Positions 35,974 through 48,245 of a stretch of DNA of 64,000 nt are shown here, piece by piece. The DNA is taken from NCBI RefSeq assembly GCF_000696425.1, contig NW_007729415.1:64001-128000 (forward strand). Reading direction: 5' to 3'. The notes under the pieces are model-generated. The model saw only the letters and a list, made by a program, of their open reading frames with translations. It did not search any database and was not told the origin of the DNA. The stretch comes from Galeopterus variegatus. Its lineage: Eukaryota. Numbering within the stretch: the first letter of the stretch is position 1; each line of letters starts with the position of its first letter. A program made the position numbers and the translations under genes.

Positions 35974-36066
35974 GGGCTGGCTAGTTATCTCAGTTGGTTA
36001 GAGCACAGTGTTGACAACATCAAGGTCAAGGGTTCAGACACCTCTACCAGCCAGCCACTGAAAAAG
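35974..36066 (+). mobile_element. Monomeric tRNA-like SINE, with a 5'-truncated second copy at 36111-36151
   Basis: gggctggctagttatctcagttggttagagcacagtgttgacaacatcaaggtcaagggttcagacacctctaccagccagcc. TSD taactatttgg. Confidence 0.75.
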
Positions 36067-36229
36067 TTTTTTTTTTAACTATTTGGAATTAGCAATCCAA
36101 AAAAGAAATCACCAAGGTCAAGGGTTCAATTCCTGTACTGGCCAACCACTAACAAACACACACCACCCCTCCCCACCAAGAAAAAGGAAATTAAAAAAAG
36201 ATACCTTTTAGGAATAAATTTAACCCAAC

Positions 36230-36565
36230 AGGCCAAAGACTTTTACACTGAAAACTAGAAAACATTGCTGAAAGAAATTTAAGAAGACCTAGATAAATAG
36301 AAAGACATCCTATGTTCATGGATTGGAGGACCTAATATTGTTAAGATGACATTACCCAAAGTGATTTCCAAATTCAATACAATCCCTATTAAATTCTCAT
36401 GCATTTATTTTTTTCAGAAATGGAAACGGCAATCTTCAAATAGGAAATAGTGGAGATAGTTGCAGAACATTGTGAATGTAATTAATACCATTGAACTGTA
36501 AATTTAAAATGGTTAAAATAGCAAATTTTATGTTATATATGTTTGTCTTTTTTAACCACACACAC
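36230..36565 (+). mobile_element. L1 ORF2 fragment joined to the L1 3' terminus (internally deleted)
   Basis: …[48 protein letters not shown]… ; the 3' terminal motif gtgaatgtaattaataccattgaactgt matches 15430-15460. Confidence 0.6.
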
Positions 36566-37910
36566 ACACACAAAAAAAAACCTAAGGAAAAAAAATCAGG
36601 CAGGTCGTCCTCTAAAAAAACTTACAATCTAGCAAGGGCATGTGGACATTTTAAAGAAAAAAAGAAAAATTATTTGGTGATAGAATCGGAATAGTGGTTA
36701 CCTATGGACAGTGAAGTGGGGACTGACTAGAAAGGGGAGTGAGGGAAGTTCCTGGAGCGTTACAAGTGTTTTTGTCTTGATTGGGGTGTTTACACGGGCA
36801 TTACATTTGTCAAAACTTATGAAATTTTACATTTAAGATCTATGCATTTCACTCTATGTCAATTTCACCTCAGTGAAGAACAAAACAAACATTGTTAGCT
36901 ACTACTAATCCCTTGACTGTTAATATACATTGCAGTTATTTCCCCCATTTCTCACTTATATGGGGTCTTTTATCATACAGAGGCTTTTAATTTTAATAGT
37001 TAAATTTATTTTTTTCATTTATGATTTCTATATTTGTGTGTCTTACTTTAGAAAATATCTCTTATTCTAGGTTTATAAACATATTCTATTTTTTTCAATA
37101 TTTTTATCATTCTTGTGTGAGAAAGAGAGAGGGACACAGAGACATGTAACTATTGATTAGCTGGAGACCATGTGCAAATTTCCTAACGTTGCTAAGTCTT
37201 GGATTTCTCATCCATGAAATAGGAATAATATTTTGTTTTGTAATTGACATGATTGGACGAGGAAACATTTAAAGGCCATAAAATTCTTGACCCATTAAGA
37301 GGGTAGCTATTGTTATTATCTATTATGGTGTTTGACATTTTATCATAATTCTTCATGTATCTGTCTCTTTCATTAAGGCTTTTCAGTGGTAGGAAATGTG
37401 ACTTTCCTCAGTGCCTAACCTGGTACCTGGCATTTAGCAGTTGTTTAAATTTTGTTGAATGAATGGATTGGTTGATGGGATATATGAATAACAAGATAAA
37501 AACCAAGCAGTAAAGAGAAAATGAAGGAGATATTTTATTAATCAGTTCTGATATGAAACTAAACACAAAACCAACTACAGCAGAGAGAACCTTATTAAGT
37601 ATTGATATTTAATATCTACAGCATATTAGGTTCTTGTTCAAGGATGGGCTCCAAGAGGGCTGAGGTTCCATTGACTGAAATTGCATATAAATGTTTAAGT
37701 GGACATACATTTTCTAGAGAGAGAGTCCATGGCCAGATTGTATTTCTAGGAGGCCAGGGATCATGGATACTTTGTCTGTCATTGGATTCCAGCCCACAGA
37801 ACAGAGCCTGGCAACCAACAGATGTTTATTGAATAAATATCTGACTGACAATGAAAAGCTTTCATCAGATTCTCAAAGGGGTCTGTAATCTCAAAAAGTC
37901 TTAAGATCCA

Positions 37911-38083
37911 GGGCCGGCCCGTGGCTCACTTGGGAGAGTGCGGTGCTGATAACACCAAGGCCCTGGGTTCGGATCCCATAGAGGGGTGGCCAGTTTGCTC
38001 ACTGGCTGAGCATGGTGCTGACAACACCAAGTCAAGGGTTAAGATCCCCTTACCGGTCATCTTTAAAAAAAAAAAAAAAAAAA
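37911..38083 (+). mobile_element. A-type dimeric SINE
   Basis: TSD aaaagtcttaagatcca at 37894-37910 and 38080-38096. Confidence 0.85.
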
Positions 38084-38831
38084 GTCTTAAGATCCAATAA
38101 TCTCGAAGGAGAAAATCAATTTCTGCGAGGAGCTTTATCTGGGTCAGAGACCTGAAAGGAATTTTTCACCATGGGATGATCGAGGAACCCCTCCCTTGAT
38201 TTCTTTCAAGAGACTGGGCAATTCTCTTCTCAGTCGGCTTTCTGATTCTCACTTGATAGGCTGTGGTCAGGCATGAATCATAACCCATCTTTTGCTACGT
38301 ACTATCTGTGTGACCTTGGTTAAATTATATAAGCTGTCTAAGGACCAGTTTTCCACAATAGCATCCACCTTGAGGGCCTGTTGAGTGGATTAAGTAAAAA
38401 TGTTGATACATGTTGGAGCATTATAGTGCACAACTTATTTTGTGCCCTCTCCTGTTCCCCACCACCACCATTTTTTTTTCCTATGTAAGACATTTGTTCA
38501 CATCCACATATCCTGATTCTCGGGCTTCAAGGCAGTTCCTTGCTCCAACCAGTTTGCCTTTTCTAGTCTATAGAATTACTTGATTTGACCAGATAAATAT
38601 CAATTATGGTCATTTGCGAGAACTGCTGTCCAAATATGCCTAATTACTTCACAGCACAAGAATAATGAGGGAAAATTCACATTTGTTGACTTCCTATTGT
38701 GTACCAGTACTATGTTGAACACTTTCATGCTTTTTCTTACCCTACAAATTAGACTTGTTATTAAGTGGAAGCACTGACAAAGTTTTTGCTATATGGATAT
38801 TAGTTTTGTACCTGGATCATAGCATGCATTA

Positions 38832-38889
38832 AGAAAGTTGTACACCAAGCTCAAGGGTTCAGATACCCTTACCAGCCAGCTCCCCCCCC
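38832..38889 (+). mobile_element. 5'-truncated monomeric SINE
   Basis: caccaagctcaagggttcagatacccttaccagccagctcc then C9A9. Confidence 0.55.
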
Positions 38890-39629
38890 CAAAAAAAAAT
38901 TGTTGACTGAACAAACTTTGTTTTAGGTTTTAACATAAACTTCGCAAATGTTTAAGCATGGACAGACATGTTCCCAACTTTAAAATGACACTGAAGGTTG
39001 AACTCAGGAAAACTTACCTGTACAAAACTGTTTTTAATAAATTGACCAACAAATATTTATTGAGTGAATACTTTGTTTAAACTATGAAAAGACCTGGAAC
39101 TTGTAAGTTCATACTACTCTAGGAGTTGAAGTCCTGGCTGGGGAGACCAAAATTAGGGAGATGTTGACTCGTTGGCCCAAGCTGGGCTGGGTGTGACTGG
39201 GGCATTAATGGGCAGAGACCTATGTAGGTGGTCGGGAGAGATCTTTTGGCAGGACTGAGCAAGGAGGATTTAGTGGGAAAGAGAATTGATTCAGTGTTGG
39301 GAAACTTGGGCTCAAGTTCTGGCTGAGGCTTAATTGGTGGAGTGACTTAGGGCAAGTCCCTGAACCTCTCCAGACCTCAGTTTAGAATATGAAACATAAA
39401 TTGGGGAGGCAGGGTGTTGTTGAACTTGCTCAGTTATTAAGTGCCTTCCAGTTCTTAGGTGCTAAGATTCTCTATCAGCCACGTTTATTTTTCCTTTGAG
39501 AAGAAAACACTTTCTATGCTTGGAATTTCAATTAAGCCAATCAATGGCATTTGTAAAGCACCTGCTATATACTCGAGGAGACTGGGCCATCAATTTTCAC
39601 CCCCATGGCTGTTTTTAAATTATTATTAT

Positions 39630-39744
39630 TTTTTGGTAGCTGGCCTATACAGGGATCTGAACCCTGGGCCTTACCACTCTTAACGTTGAAGTCCCCTTGG
39701 TGCTACATGTTGGTGCTCTAACCAACTGAGCCAACCAGCCAGCC
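39630..39744 (-). mobile_element. Monomeric SINE carrying an extra 26-34 bp segment (ttaccactcttaacgttgaagtcccc)
   Basis: ggtagctggcctatacagggatctgaaccctgggcc-ttaccactcttaacgttgaagtcccc-ttggtgctacatgttggtgctctaaccaactgagccaaccagccagcc. Confidence 0.7.
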
Positions 39745-39749
39745 ACAAT

Positions 39750-40720
39750 TTCCTTCCTTTTTAAGGCTAAATAATGTTCCATTATATGTTGTGTAAACCA
39801 TACCTTGTTTATCCATTCATATGTCAGTGCACACTTGGGTTGCTTCCACTTTTTGGTTCTTGTGAATAATGCTGCTATAAACATGCATATACAAATCTCT
39901 CTTTGAGACCCTGCTTTCAGTTCTTTTGGATATATACCCAGAAGTGGAATTGCTGAATCATATAGTAATTTTATTTTTATTTTTTTAGGAACTGCCATAC
40001 TATTTTTTGATACCAGCTGCACTATTTTATATTTCCACCAAAAGTGCACAATCGTTCCACTATCTCTACATCCTCACGAACACTTATTTTGATTTTTTGA
40101 TAGTAGCCATCCTAATAGGTAAAAGGTGCTGTCATTTTGATCCCTAATGATTAGTGATGTTGAGCATCTTTTCATGTATTGTTGGTCATTTGTGTATCTT
40201 CTTTCAAAAATGTCTGTTCAAGTCTTTTGCCCGTTTTTGTTTTTGCTTTTTAAAGAAGGCATAACAAATTTTAACTGCTGGGGATGGGCAATGCATGGGG
40301 GAATCACAAGATAGTAACTTCCCAGTTTCCCAGTGGGGAAGCTTATATACCTATTTTCATAGGGGTGAGGGGAGGTGGGGAACGTAGACAATTCTTTTGA
40401 GGAACAGTAAATGAGTATTAGGGGATGAGACCAAGAGGCAGAAATTATCATGTGAAAGGTCTGTCCAGGTGTCTTTGCCTTGGGTTTTAATCAGGTTGCT
40501 TCTTTCTGTGACTGTTGTTGAGTTGTAGGAGTTCTTTCTATATTCTAGGTATTAACCCCTTATCAGATACTCATATATGATTTGCAAATATTACCTCCCA
40601 TTCTGTGGTTGCCTTTTCACTCTGTTGATTGTGTTATTTGATGCACAGAAAGAGACTGTCTTTTCCCACTGAATAGTCATGGCACTCCTGTCAAGAATCA
40701 TTTGACCATGTGTGTGAAGG
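39750..40720 (-). mobile_element. L1 3' portion, minus orientation, with an unrelated insert at 40260-40480
   Basis: Minus ORF 39645-40049 encodes …LLYDSAIPLLGIYPKELKAGSQREICICMFIAALFTRTKKWKQPKCALTYEWINKVWFTQHIMEHYLALKRKEIV…, the ORF2 C-terminus. Confidence 0.75.
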
Positions 40721-41149
40721 TTTTGTGACATACACTTTCGCGACTGGTGGTACAGAATGATATGGTCTCTGCCTTAAGGAAGCCACAGTTAAGTTATATC
40801 CTCAGATTCCGTTTCAAGCAGCATGTGTCCAGTGCTAGATACGTGCTCTGAAGCTGACTTTGCCTCTGAAGCTTCCCATCTAACCTAGGATGGTCCCTTT
40901 AATAGAGAGGTAAACGTAGTCCCTGGGAGAGCACGGTTATGGCTTATGCGGGGGCACGGACAGAGACAGGATTTGAACCATGACTTCCTGGCTCCATGTG
41001 GCATGGTATTTCAGGTAAGATGTTCTCATCTCTGAAATGTGGACACAAATGAAATGAGATGATCACTGTTGAGCAGCCTTGAGCTCTAGAATCCTATGCA
41101 TTGAGGAGTCGCTAAACGTCTACCGTGAGGTGTAGACAGTAAGCATTAC

Positions 41150-41850
41150 CGGGGTTCAATGAAGAGCGGAGCCCAGACACCACTCCCAGCCCAGAAGGGC
41201 AGAGTCCTAAAGCGGGAGCTCCACCCCGCCGGGCGGACCCCTGCTCCTCACCCGGAACCTGGCGCCGCTGGGCTGTGCTACTGGCTCGGGTGGGTGACTG
41301 GCCACAGAAAAACGCCGGCAACGAGATTCTCGTTGAAATTCTCCCCTCGCCCCTCCGGAGGGAGATTGGAGGGTTCTGCAGGGTCTCCAGCATTAGCCCC
41401 CTTGCTTCTCTCCGGTTCTGTCACCTCCCGCGGAGTTATTCCTTGCACGTTGCCCCTTTGCTGCATTTCTCTTTGGTACGCCCCCGCTGTGACTGCGAGA
41501 GGCGAGGCAGGCGTCCGCGTGGCCACTGCGCATGCGAGCCCGCCGCGGGGAGGGGGGGAGGGGGAGAGGGAAGAGCCGAGCACGGACCCCGCCCCTTCTC
41601 GGCCCCACGCGTGACGTGGCGGGGGCGCCGGCCTCCGCCCGGCTCCGAGCGGTGAGAGTGAGCGGCTGGCGGACCCGGCACGCAGACCGGGACGGGCCAC
41701 GGGTGCTGAGATCCTTCGGGAAGGGTGGGGGATGGGGGCCCAGGTGCATCGCGGCCGCTGACCCTCAGGCTCTGTCCGTCCCCCTCCTTTTTTTCCCTTC
41801 CGGAAGTGCCGGGACGGGAAGCTGAGCATTTGTGACACCTGCATTTCCGT
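41150..41850. promoter_or_regulatory. TMEM219: TMEM219 CpG-island promoter with a probable non-coding first exon
   Basis: GC- and CpG-rich. NRF1-like tgcgcatgcgag at 41527-41538. G-run gggggggagggggagaggg at 41551-41569. Candidate donor gcg|gtgagagtg at about 41653. Confidence 0.6.
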
Positions 41851-42685
41851 GGCTCCCTCCTCTTCCCCCCACCCTATATGTTTATCTCCTCGCTTTCCAG
41901 ATGTTCCTTTTAATCAGGCTGTCGCTTCTTGCGTGTGGAAAAGCACTTCACGTGGAGCAGGAGACGGGTTTCAGACCTGGGCCTTACCACTCTTAACGTT
42001 GAAGTCCCCGAGCCTCAGTTTCACCCAGAGTATTTTTGCCTTGCCTCACCTGGTTTTGAGGATCAGTATGACGGAGAGAGAGGAAATGGACATTTATTGA
42101 GTTCCTCCATGGCCAAGTACCATGCAGACTGCTTTATCAGCCACGTTTAATTTTCATTACTTGGTGTTCCTAGAGCTCCCATTTCACAGTTCTTAAGCTC
42201 ACAGAGGTTAACTGACCTGGTCTCACATAGCTGGTGAGTGAGTAGCAGGGAGGGAGTCGGACCTAGCTATTTAGCTCCAAGGCGAAGTTCTCCTCAGACA
42301 CTTCCCATGTCTGGGCTCAGCCAAACCCTAGCCCCAAAGCAGCTGCTTCCTATTTCTTTGGCTGAGAATTCTCCCTTTCAGGTTCCTTTTTTTCAGCAGA
42401 GCGCTCTGCTCTGCTTCTGCCTTGATTACTTCCGAAATGAAATGCAGCAAACATTTATTGAGTGGTGCCGAGAGATTAACTTTTGGAGTCAAAAGCCTTG
42501 GATTCTTGTCCTGGCTCTGCCACTAATTGGCTGCGTGGTATTGAACAAGTCCCTTGTCTTCTCTGAGCTTTAGCTTCCCTTTGCATAAAATGGGTGAGTG
42601 CCCTCTGACCAGAAGGATCTTGTCCCGTTTTCCCTCCCTGTCCTCCAGCAGGCTCTGCGTGGACGCCCAGACCCCTCTGCTCCCC

Positions 42686-42850
42686 ATGGGCAACTGCCAG
42701 GCAGGGCACAACCTGCATCTATGTCTGACCCACCACCCACCTCTGGTCTGTGCCACCTTGATCCTGCTGCTTCTTGGCCTCTCTGGCCTGGGTCTTGGTG
42801 GCTTCCTCCTTACCCACAGGACTGGCCTGCGCAGCCCTGACATCCCTCAG
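42686..42850 (+). CDS. TMEM219: TMEM219 coding exon 1 (MGNCQAGHNLHLCLTHHPPLVCATLILLLLGLSGLGLGGFLLTHRTGLRSPDIPQ)
   Basis: Matches the human TMEM219 N-terminus. Donor CAG|gtaagt. Confidence 0.85.
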
Positions 42851-42940
42851 GTAAGTACCCTTCTGTTCATCCTGATGATGAAGGCCTACTCTTGCTGCTA
42901 ATCTCATCTCACCTCTCTCCCACTCTCCTTTTGCACACAG

Positions 42941-43130
42941 GACTGGGTCTCCTTTTTTAGATCTTTTGGCCAGCTGACCCTGTGCCCCACGAATGGGACA
43001 GCCACAGGGAAGTGGCAAGAGTCTCACGTCGTGGGCTTACTGACCACCTTGAACTTCAGAGATGGTCCAGACAGGAACAAAACCCAGACATTCCAAGCCA
43101 CAGTCCGGGGTAGTCAGATGAGATTGAAAG
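42941..43130 (+). CDS. TMEM219: TMEM219 coding exon 2 (DWVSFFRSFGQLTLCPTNGTATGKWQESHVVGLLTTLNFRDGPDRNKTQTFQATVRGSQMRLKG)
   Basis: Acceptor ttgcacacag|GAC, donor AAAG|gtgaga. Phases are consistent. Confidence 0.85.
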
Positions 43131-43874
43131 GTGAGATCAGGGAGGATTGTGGGGTCTGGCATCATAACACTCAAGACTGGGCCCTGCCTTTGACTCCACC
43201 AACTTGGCAACCTTGGGCACATCCCTGGGCCTTAGTTGCTTTTGCTGTAATGAAGATTAGATACTTTCAGTGAACGTGATGCCCACAGTGTAGCTTCTCC
43301 ATAAATGTTTTCTCTTTCCCCTTCTAGTTCTGTGTTTCTTTGATTTTATCCTTGAGGTGTGATGAGGGCTAGGTTTGACTCAGTGTTCCTTCTCATCCCT
43401 ATACCTGCCTCATCTTAGAGGCATCTTTTTCCTCAGGAATTTCAGAGAAGCATGTTCTGTTCAATTAAACTAGTATCTTAATTGCCTGTTAGGTGCTTAG
43501 AACAGTTCTGTGTGCTACAGAGGATACAGGAAAATATTAGACACCATCAATTTGCAACAACCTTATAGTCTTCTGGGAAAATGACAAATGAGAAAAAGAG
43601 AAAGTCTTTGGGTGCCATTATTTCCTGTGTGACTTTTGGCCCCAGGTTCCTTATGTAAAAAATAGGGAGATGAAGAAAGAGGAAAGAAAGGTGGAATTTT
43701 GTGACTTCTGAGGTCCTTTCCATCACTGCTATCATTCTGAGATTCTCCTGAGTCACATATGGGGAGGGGGGTAGGTCTACATGTGCCCAGATGTACATGA
43801 ATGTGAACAAAGAACAAGAATAAGGAATGTGTCTGATGTCTACAGACTTGGGACATTTTCCCTTATTCTTTTTA

Positions 43875-45560
43875 CTTTTAAAAAAATATGTAACAGCTTT
43901 ATTGAGCTATGATTCACATACCATACAATTCACATATTTAAAGTGTACAATTATGCTTGTAACATAAAGGTCATGGGTTTGGATCCCCATGCTGGCCAGC
44001 TGCCAAAAAAATAAAAATAAAAACATAAATAAAGTGTACAATTATAGTTAGAGCGTGGTGCTGATAACACCAACAACCAGGGTTCAATCTCTGTGCTGGC
44101 CAGCTGTCCAAGAAAAAAAAAAAAACAAAGTGTAAAATTAATGGCTTTTAGTATATTTACAAAAGTATGCATCCGTCATCACTATCCATTTTAGAACATT
44201 TTCATCACCCCAAAAAGAAACCCTACAGCTATTAGCAGTCATTCTCCCTTTCCTCCCCAGTCTCTCAGCCCTAGGCAACCACTAATCTATTTTCTGTCTC
44301 TGTAGATTTGCCTGCTGTGGACTTTTAATACAATACATGGTCTTTTGTGACTGGCTTCTTTCACTTGTCCTGATGTTTTTAAGGTTCATCCATGTATCTG
44401 TACTTCATTTCTTTTTATTGCTCAGTAACATTCATTGTGTTAATATTCTAAATTTTTATTCACCCATTCATCATTTGATTAATATTTGGGTTTCCACTTT
44501 TTGACTATTATGAATGATGCTGCTATAAACACTCATGTCAGCATTTTTTGTGGACATATGTTTGAATTTCTCTTGAGAATATACTTTCAGATGGAATATA
44601 TAACTCTATCTTTTGAGGATCTGCCAAACTGTTTTCCAAATTGGCTATAACCTGTTACATTCCCACCAGCATGAGATTTCCAGTTTATCCACATCCTCAC
44701 CAACAATTGTTATTATCTGTCTTTTTGATTATAGCCATCTTAGTGTGAAATATCTCACTGTGGTTCTGACTTGCATTTTCCTGATGACTAATGTGATTGG
44801 TAATGATTTTTCATGTACTTATTGGCCATTTGTATATCTTGTTTGGATAAATATATTTTCAGAGTCTTTGCCCATTTTTAAAATTAGGTAATTTGTTTTT
44901 TAATTATGGAATTGTAAGTGTTCTTTATTTTCTAGATACAAGTCCCTTAACTGATAAATGATTTGCAGATCTTTTCTTTCGTTTTGTGAGTTGTCTTTTT
45001 ACTTTGTTGATGGTATTCTTTGAAGCACAAAAAGTTTTTAATTCTGATGAAGTCCAATTTATGTATTTTTTATTTGTTGCTTGTGCTTTTAGTGTCATAT
45101 CTAAGAAGGCTTTGCCTAACTCAAGGTCACTAAGATTTACTCTTCTATTTTCTTCTAAGGATTTCATAGTTTCAGCTTTCAAATTTAGGTATTTGATCCA
45201 TTTTTAGTTAATTTTTGTGCATGGTATGAGGATGGGGTCCAAGTTCATTCTTTTGCATGTGGCTCTCCAGTTGTCCCAGCCCCTTTTGTTGAAAAGACTA
45301 TTCTTTCCCCATTGAAAATCAATTGACCAAAAATGTATAGGTTAATTTCTAGACTCAATAGTTCTACTCTATTGTCTATATGTCTATCTTTATGCTTGTA
45401 CCACACTGTTTTGATTACTGTAGTTTTGTAGTAAGTTTTGAAATAAGGAAATGTGAGTCCTCTGACGTTGTTCTTCTTTTTCAAGATTGTTTTGGCTATT
45501 CCAGATCTCTTGAATTACCATACGAATTTTAGGATCAGCTTGTTAATTTTTGCTTCTGCA
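43875..45560 (-). mobile_element. L1 3' portion, minus orientation
   Basis: Minus ORFs 44925-45182 and 45245-45484 encode ORF2-like …YINWTSSELKTFCASKNTINKVKRQ… and …[24 protein letters not shown]…. Confidence 0.7.
43963..44125 (+). mobile_element. Two 5'-truncated monomeric SINEs with A-tails, inserted in tandem at one site
   Basis: aaagtgtacaatta occurs at 43929, 44030 and 44118 (3 copies). Bodies …ggtcatgggtttggatccccatgctggccagctgcc and …gttagagcgtggtgctgataacaccaacaaccagggttcaatctctgtgctggccagctgtcc. Confidence 0.65.
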
Positions 45561-45654
45561 AAGAAGCCCTATTATTATTATTTTTTAAATAATGGTTAGA
45601 AACAAAGTAAAAATATCAAAGATTCCTGTGGAGAAAACAATTACCTATGATTGC

Positions 45655-45790
45655 ATCATCCATGCAACAATTATTGAGTACCTACTATGTACCAGGCATG
45701 GGGAATACAGAGATCTTTAGTACATGGGCCTTCCCCTCAAGGTGCTCACAGTCTAGCTAGGATACAGATGGTAATAGATGGAAATACCTT
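45655..45790 (+). repeat. MIR fragment
   Basis: caacaattattgagtacctactatgtaccaggcatgggg…cctcaaggtgctcacagtctag. Confidence 0.5.
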
Positions 45791-45791
45791 T

Positions 45792-45975
45792 CTTTCTTTC
45801 TCTCTCTCTCTCTTTTTTTTTTTAAAGATGACTGATAAGGGGATCTTAACTCTTGACTTGGTGTTGTCAGCACCACACTCTCCCAAGTGAGAACCAGCCA
45901 TCCCTATATAGGGATCAGAACCCGAGGCCTTGGTGTTATCAGCACCATGCTCCCAAGTGAGCCATGGGCTGGCCC
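45792..45975 (-). mobile_element. A-type dimeric SINE with a (TC)n/(TTTC)n-modified tail
   Basis: TSD tggaaatacctttc at 45778 and 45976. Confidence 0.85.
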
Positions 45976-46692
45976 TGGAAATACCTTTCAATATGTGAAG
46001 TATAACACAAGGTACAGTGGGAGTGCCCAGCAGTCTGTAAAGCAGGAATACCAAAGACAGGCTTTGGTAAGAGTGCAGTGCCTCAGTTGAGGCTTGGGGC
46101 ATGCTTAGGAGTGAACAGATCTGGCCAGAGGGAACAGCATATGCAAAGGCATGTAGATAGAACCACTAGGGCATATTTAGGAACTTCCAGGGGTTCAGCT
46201 GGGCTGCTGCAGGGGAAGGGATTTGAATGAATAGTGGGTGATGGTCTAAAGAAGGAGGCAGAAACCTATGGAGGGTCTTGTGTGCCCAGGCTAGGAGCTG
46301 GACTTTATCCAGCACATTGGGCAAACTCAAAGATTTTAATCAGGAAAGTAACAGGATTTTGTTTTTGTTGTTCTTTTTTGAAAGATCACACCCTATTGGC
46401 TGACTGCCTGGAAGGAATGTGTCCAGACTCAGAAAGACTAGCTACAAGGTGGTTACAATAAAGAGAGGATAAGAACAGCTGAGCTGAGACAGCTGTGTGA
46501 TCTGAGAGATGTTGCAAGTGTGGGACTGATTCGATGTGGGTGGTGTAGAAGAAAGGGGACAAGTTCTCTAATAGAATTTTACATGTATGTTTTTCAGTTG
46601 CAATTGTGGTATGTATACCATTTGTATTTCCTTTTTTTCCCTTACGTGTAAGTGGTGTTCCACATTACTACATGGTCTTCAACATTATTATT

Positions 46693-46796
46693 ATTATATA
46701 TATATTTGGGGGGCAGATGGCCTATATGGGGATCCAAACCCTTGACGTTGGTATTGTCAGCACCATGCTCTAAGCAACTGAGCTAATTGGCCAGCC
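46693..46796 (-). mobile_element. Monomeric tRNA-like SINE with a (TA)n tail
   Basis: TSD caacattattatt at 46679 and 46797. Confidence 0.8.
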
Positions 46797-47344
46797 CAAC
46801 ATTATTATTTTAATGGCCATAAATTGATCTATTAAGTGGCTAGGCCATCATTTGTTAATGCTTTCCCTGTTAAATATCTCTATTGTTTCCTACTTTTTGA
46901 TGTTTTTGATAAAATCACAGTAAACATCTTGGTATACTTTGTATTTTTCTTTTTAGTCCTTTCCTTAGGATTAATTTCTGTAAGTGGTATTACTGAGTCA
47001 AAGGGTATGGGCTTTTTTTTTTTTTTTTTTAACTGTATAAATTAATTTTGTTGTGGATTCAGACCATGCAGAAGTATGCAAAGCAGATGTAAAAGAAGTC
47101 CACAGTGTGTTGGGCATCCTCTCAGTCCCTCTCTTGTCCATTTAATTGTGACAGATACAGCTAAATTGTCATGTAAAAGTGAGAATGGCCACTTCCTCAC
47201 ATCTTCAACAATTCTCATTATCATCAATCTTTTTAATTTTTACCAATTTAATGGGTTAAAGAATTACCTGATTGTTTTAATTTACTTTCTCCTTATTGCC
47301 AGTGAGGCCGAGCTTCTTCTTAAGGGTTTATTGGCCATTTTCAA

Positions 47345-48245
47345 GTCATATGTGGATTATTTGTTGTATTAGTCCATTTTCTGTTATGTATAACAGAATA
47401 CCTGAAACTGGGTAATTTATAAGAAAATGAAATTTATTTCTTACGGTTTTGGAGGCTGGGAAGTCCAAGGTCCAGGGGGTGTATCTGGTGAGGGCCTTCT
47501 TCATAGGGACTTTCTGAAGAGTCCCCAGGGAGGTGCAGGTATTGTGTAATAGTCCATTTCTGTTACCTACAGCAGAATACCTGAAATTGGGTAACTTATT
47601 TTAAAAAAAGAAAGAAAGTAATGTTTTTCTTACAGTTTTTGAAGGCAGGGAAGTCCAAAGACCAGGGAACACATCTGGTGAGGGCCTTCTTTTTGGTGGC
47701 TCTCCACAGCAGTACAGGGAATCATGTGGCAAATGGGCTGAGCAAGAGAGCTAACCTGTTCACTCACCCTCCTTATAAAGTCATCAGAACCATGCCTATT
47801 ACCACCCATTAAACCATCAACTTATTACTCCATGAATGGATCAATCCATTCACTAGGGCATAGTCCTCACGATCTAATCATCTCTTAAAGGCCCCATTTT
47901 CAATTACCATACTAGGATTTCCCACCCTCAACACTGTTACGGTGGAGATTAATACATGAACCTTTGGGGGACACAATTCAACCCATAGCACATCGTGATG
48001 GGGGAGAGCATGCTAATGTGCTCACTCGCTATCTTTGTAAAGCCACCGATGCCCTTTCCATCATAACCCGCTCATCCATTAACCCATTAATCCATTAATC
48101 CATGAAGAGATTAGTCCATTCATGAGGGCATAACCCTCACAATCCAATCATCTCCCTAAAGTCCCACCTCTCAACATTGCCACATTGAGGATCAAGCTTC
48201 CACATGAGCTTTGGAGGGGACGTTCAGACCATAGCATCTGATTGT
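47345..48245 (-). mobile_element. Cluster of ERVL-MaLR LTR copies: partial, full (about 47521-47995) and partial
   Basis: Repeated …tgttatgtataacagaatacctgaaactgggtaatttataagaaaatgaaatttatttcttacggttttggaggctgggaagtccaag… and …ccacattgaggatcaagcttccacatgagctttggaggggacgttcagaccatagca. Confidence 0.5.

Noticed and set aside
41159-41844. Several overlapping 100-190-aa ORFs on both strands
   Set aside because: They lie in the extremely GC-rich TMEM219 CpG island. Arg-, Pro-, Gly- and Ala-rich open frames on both strands are a compositional artefact.
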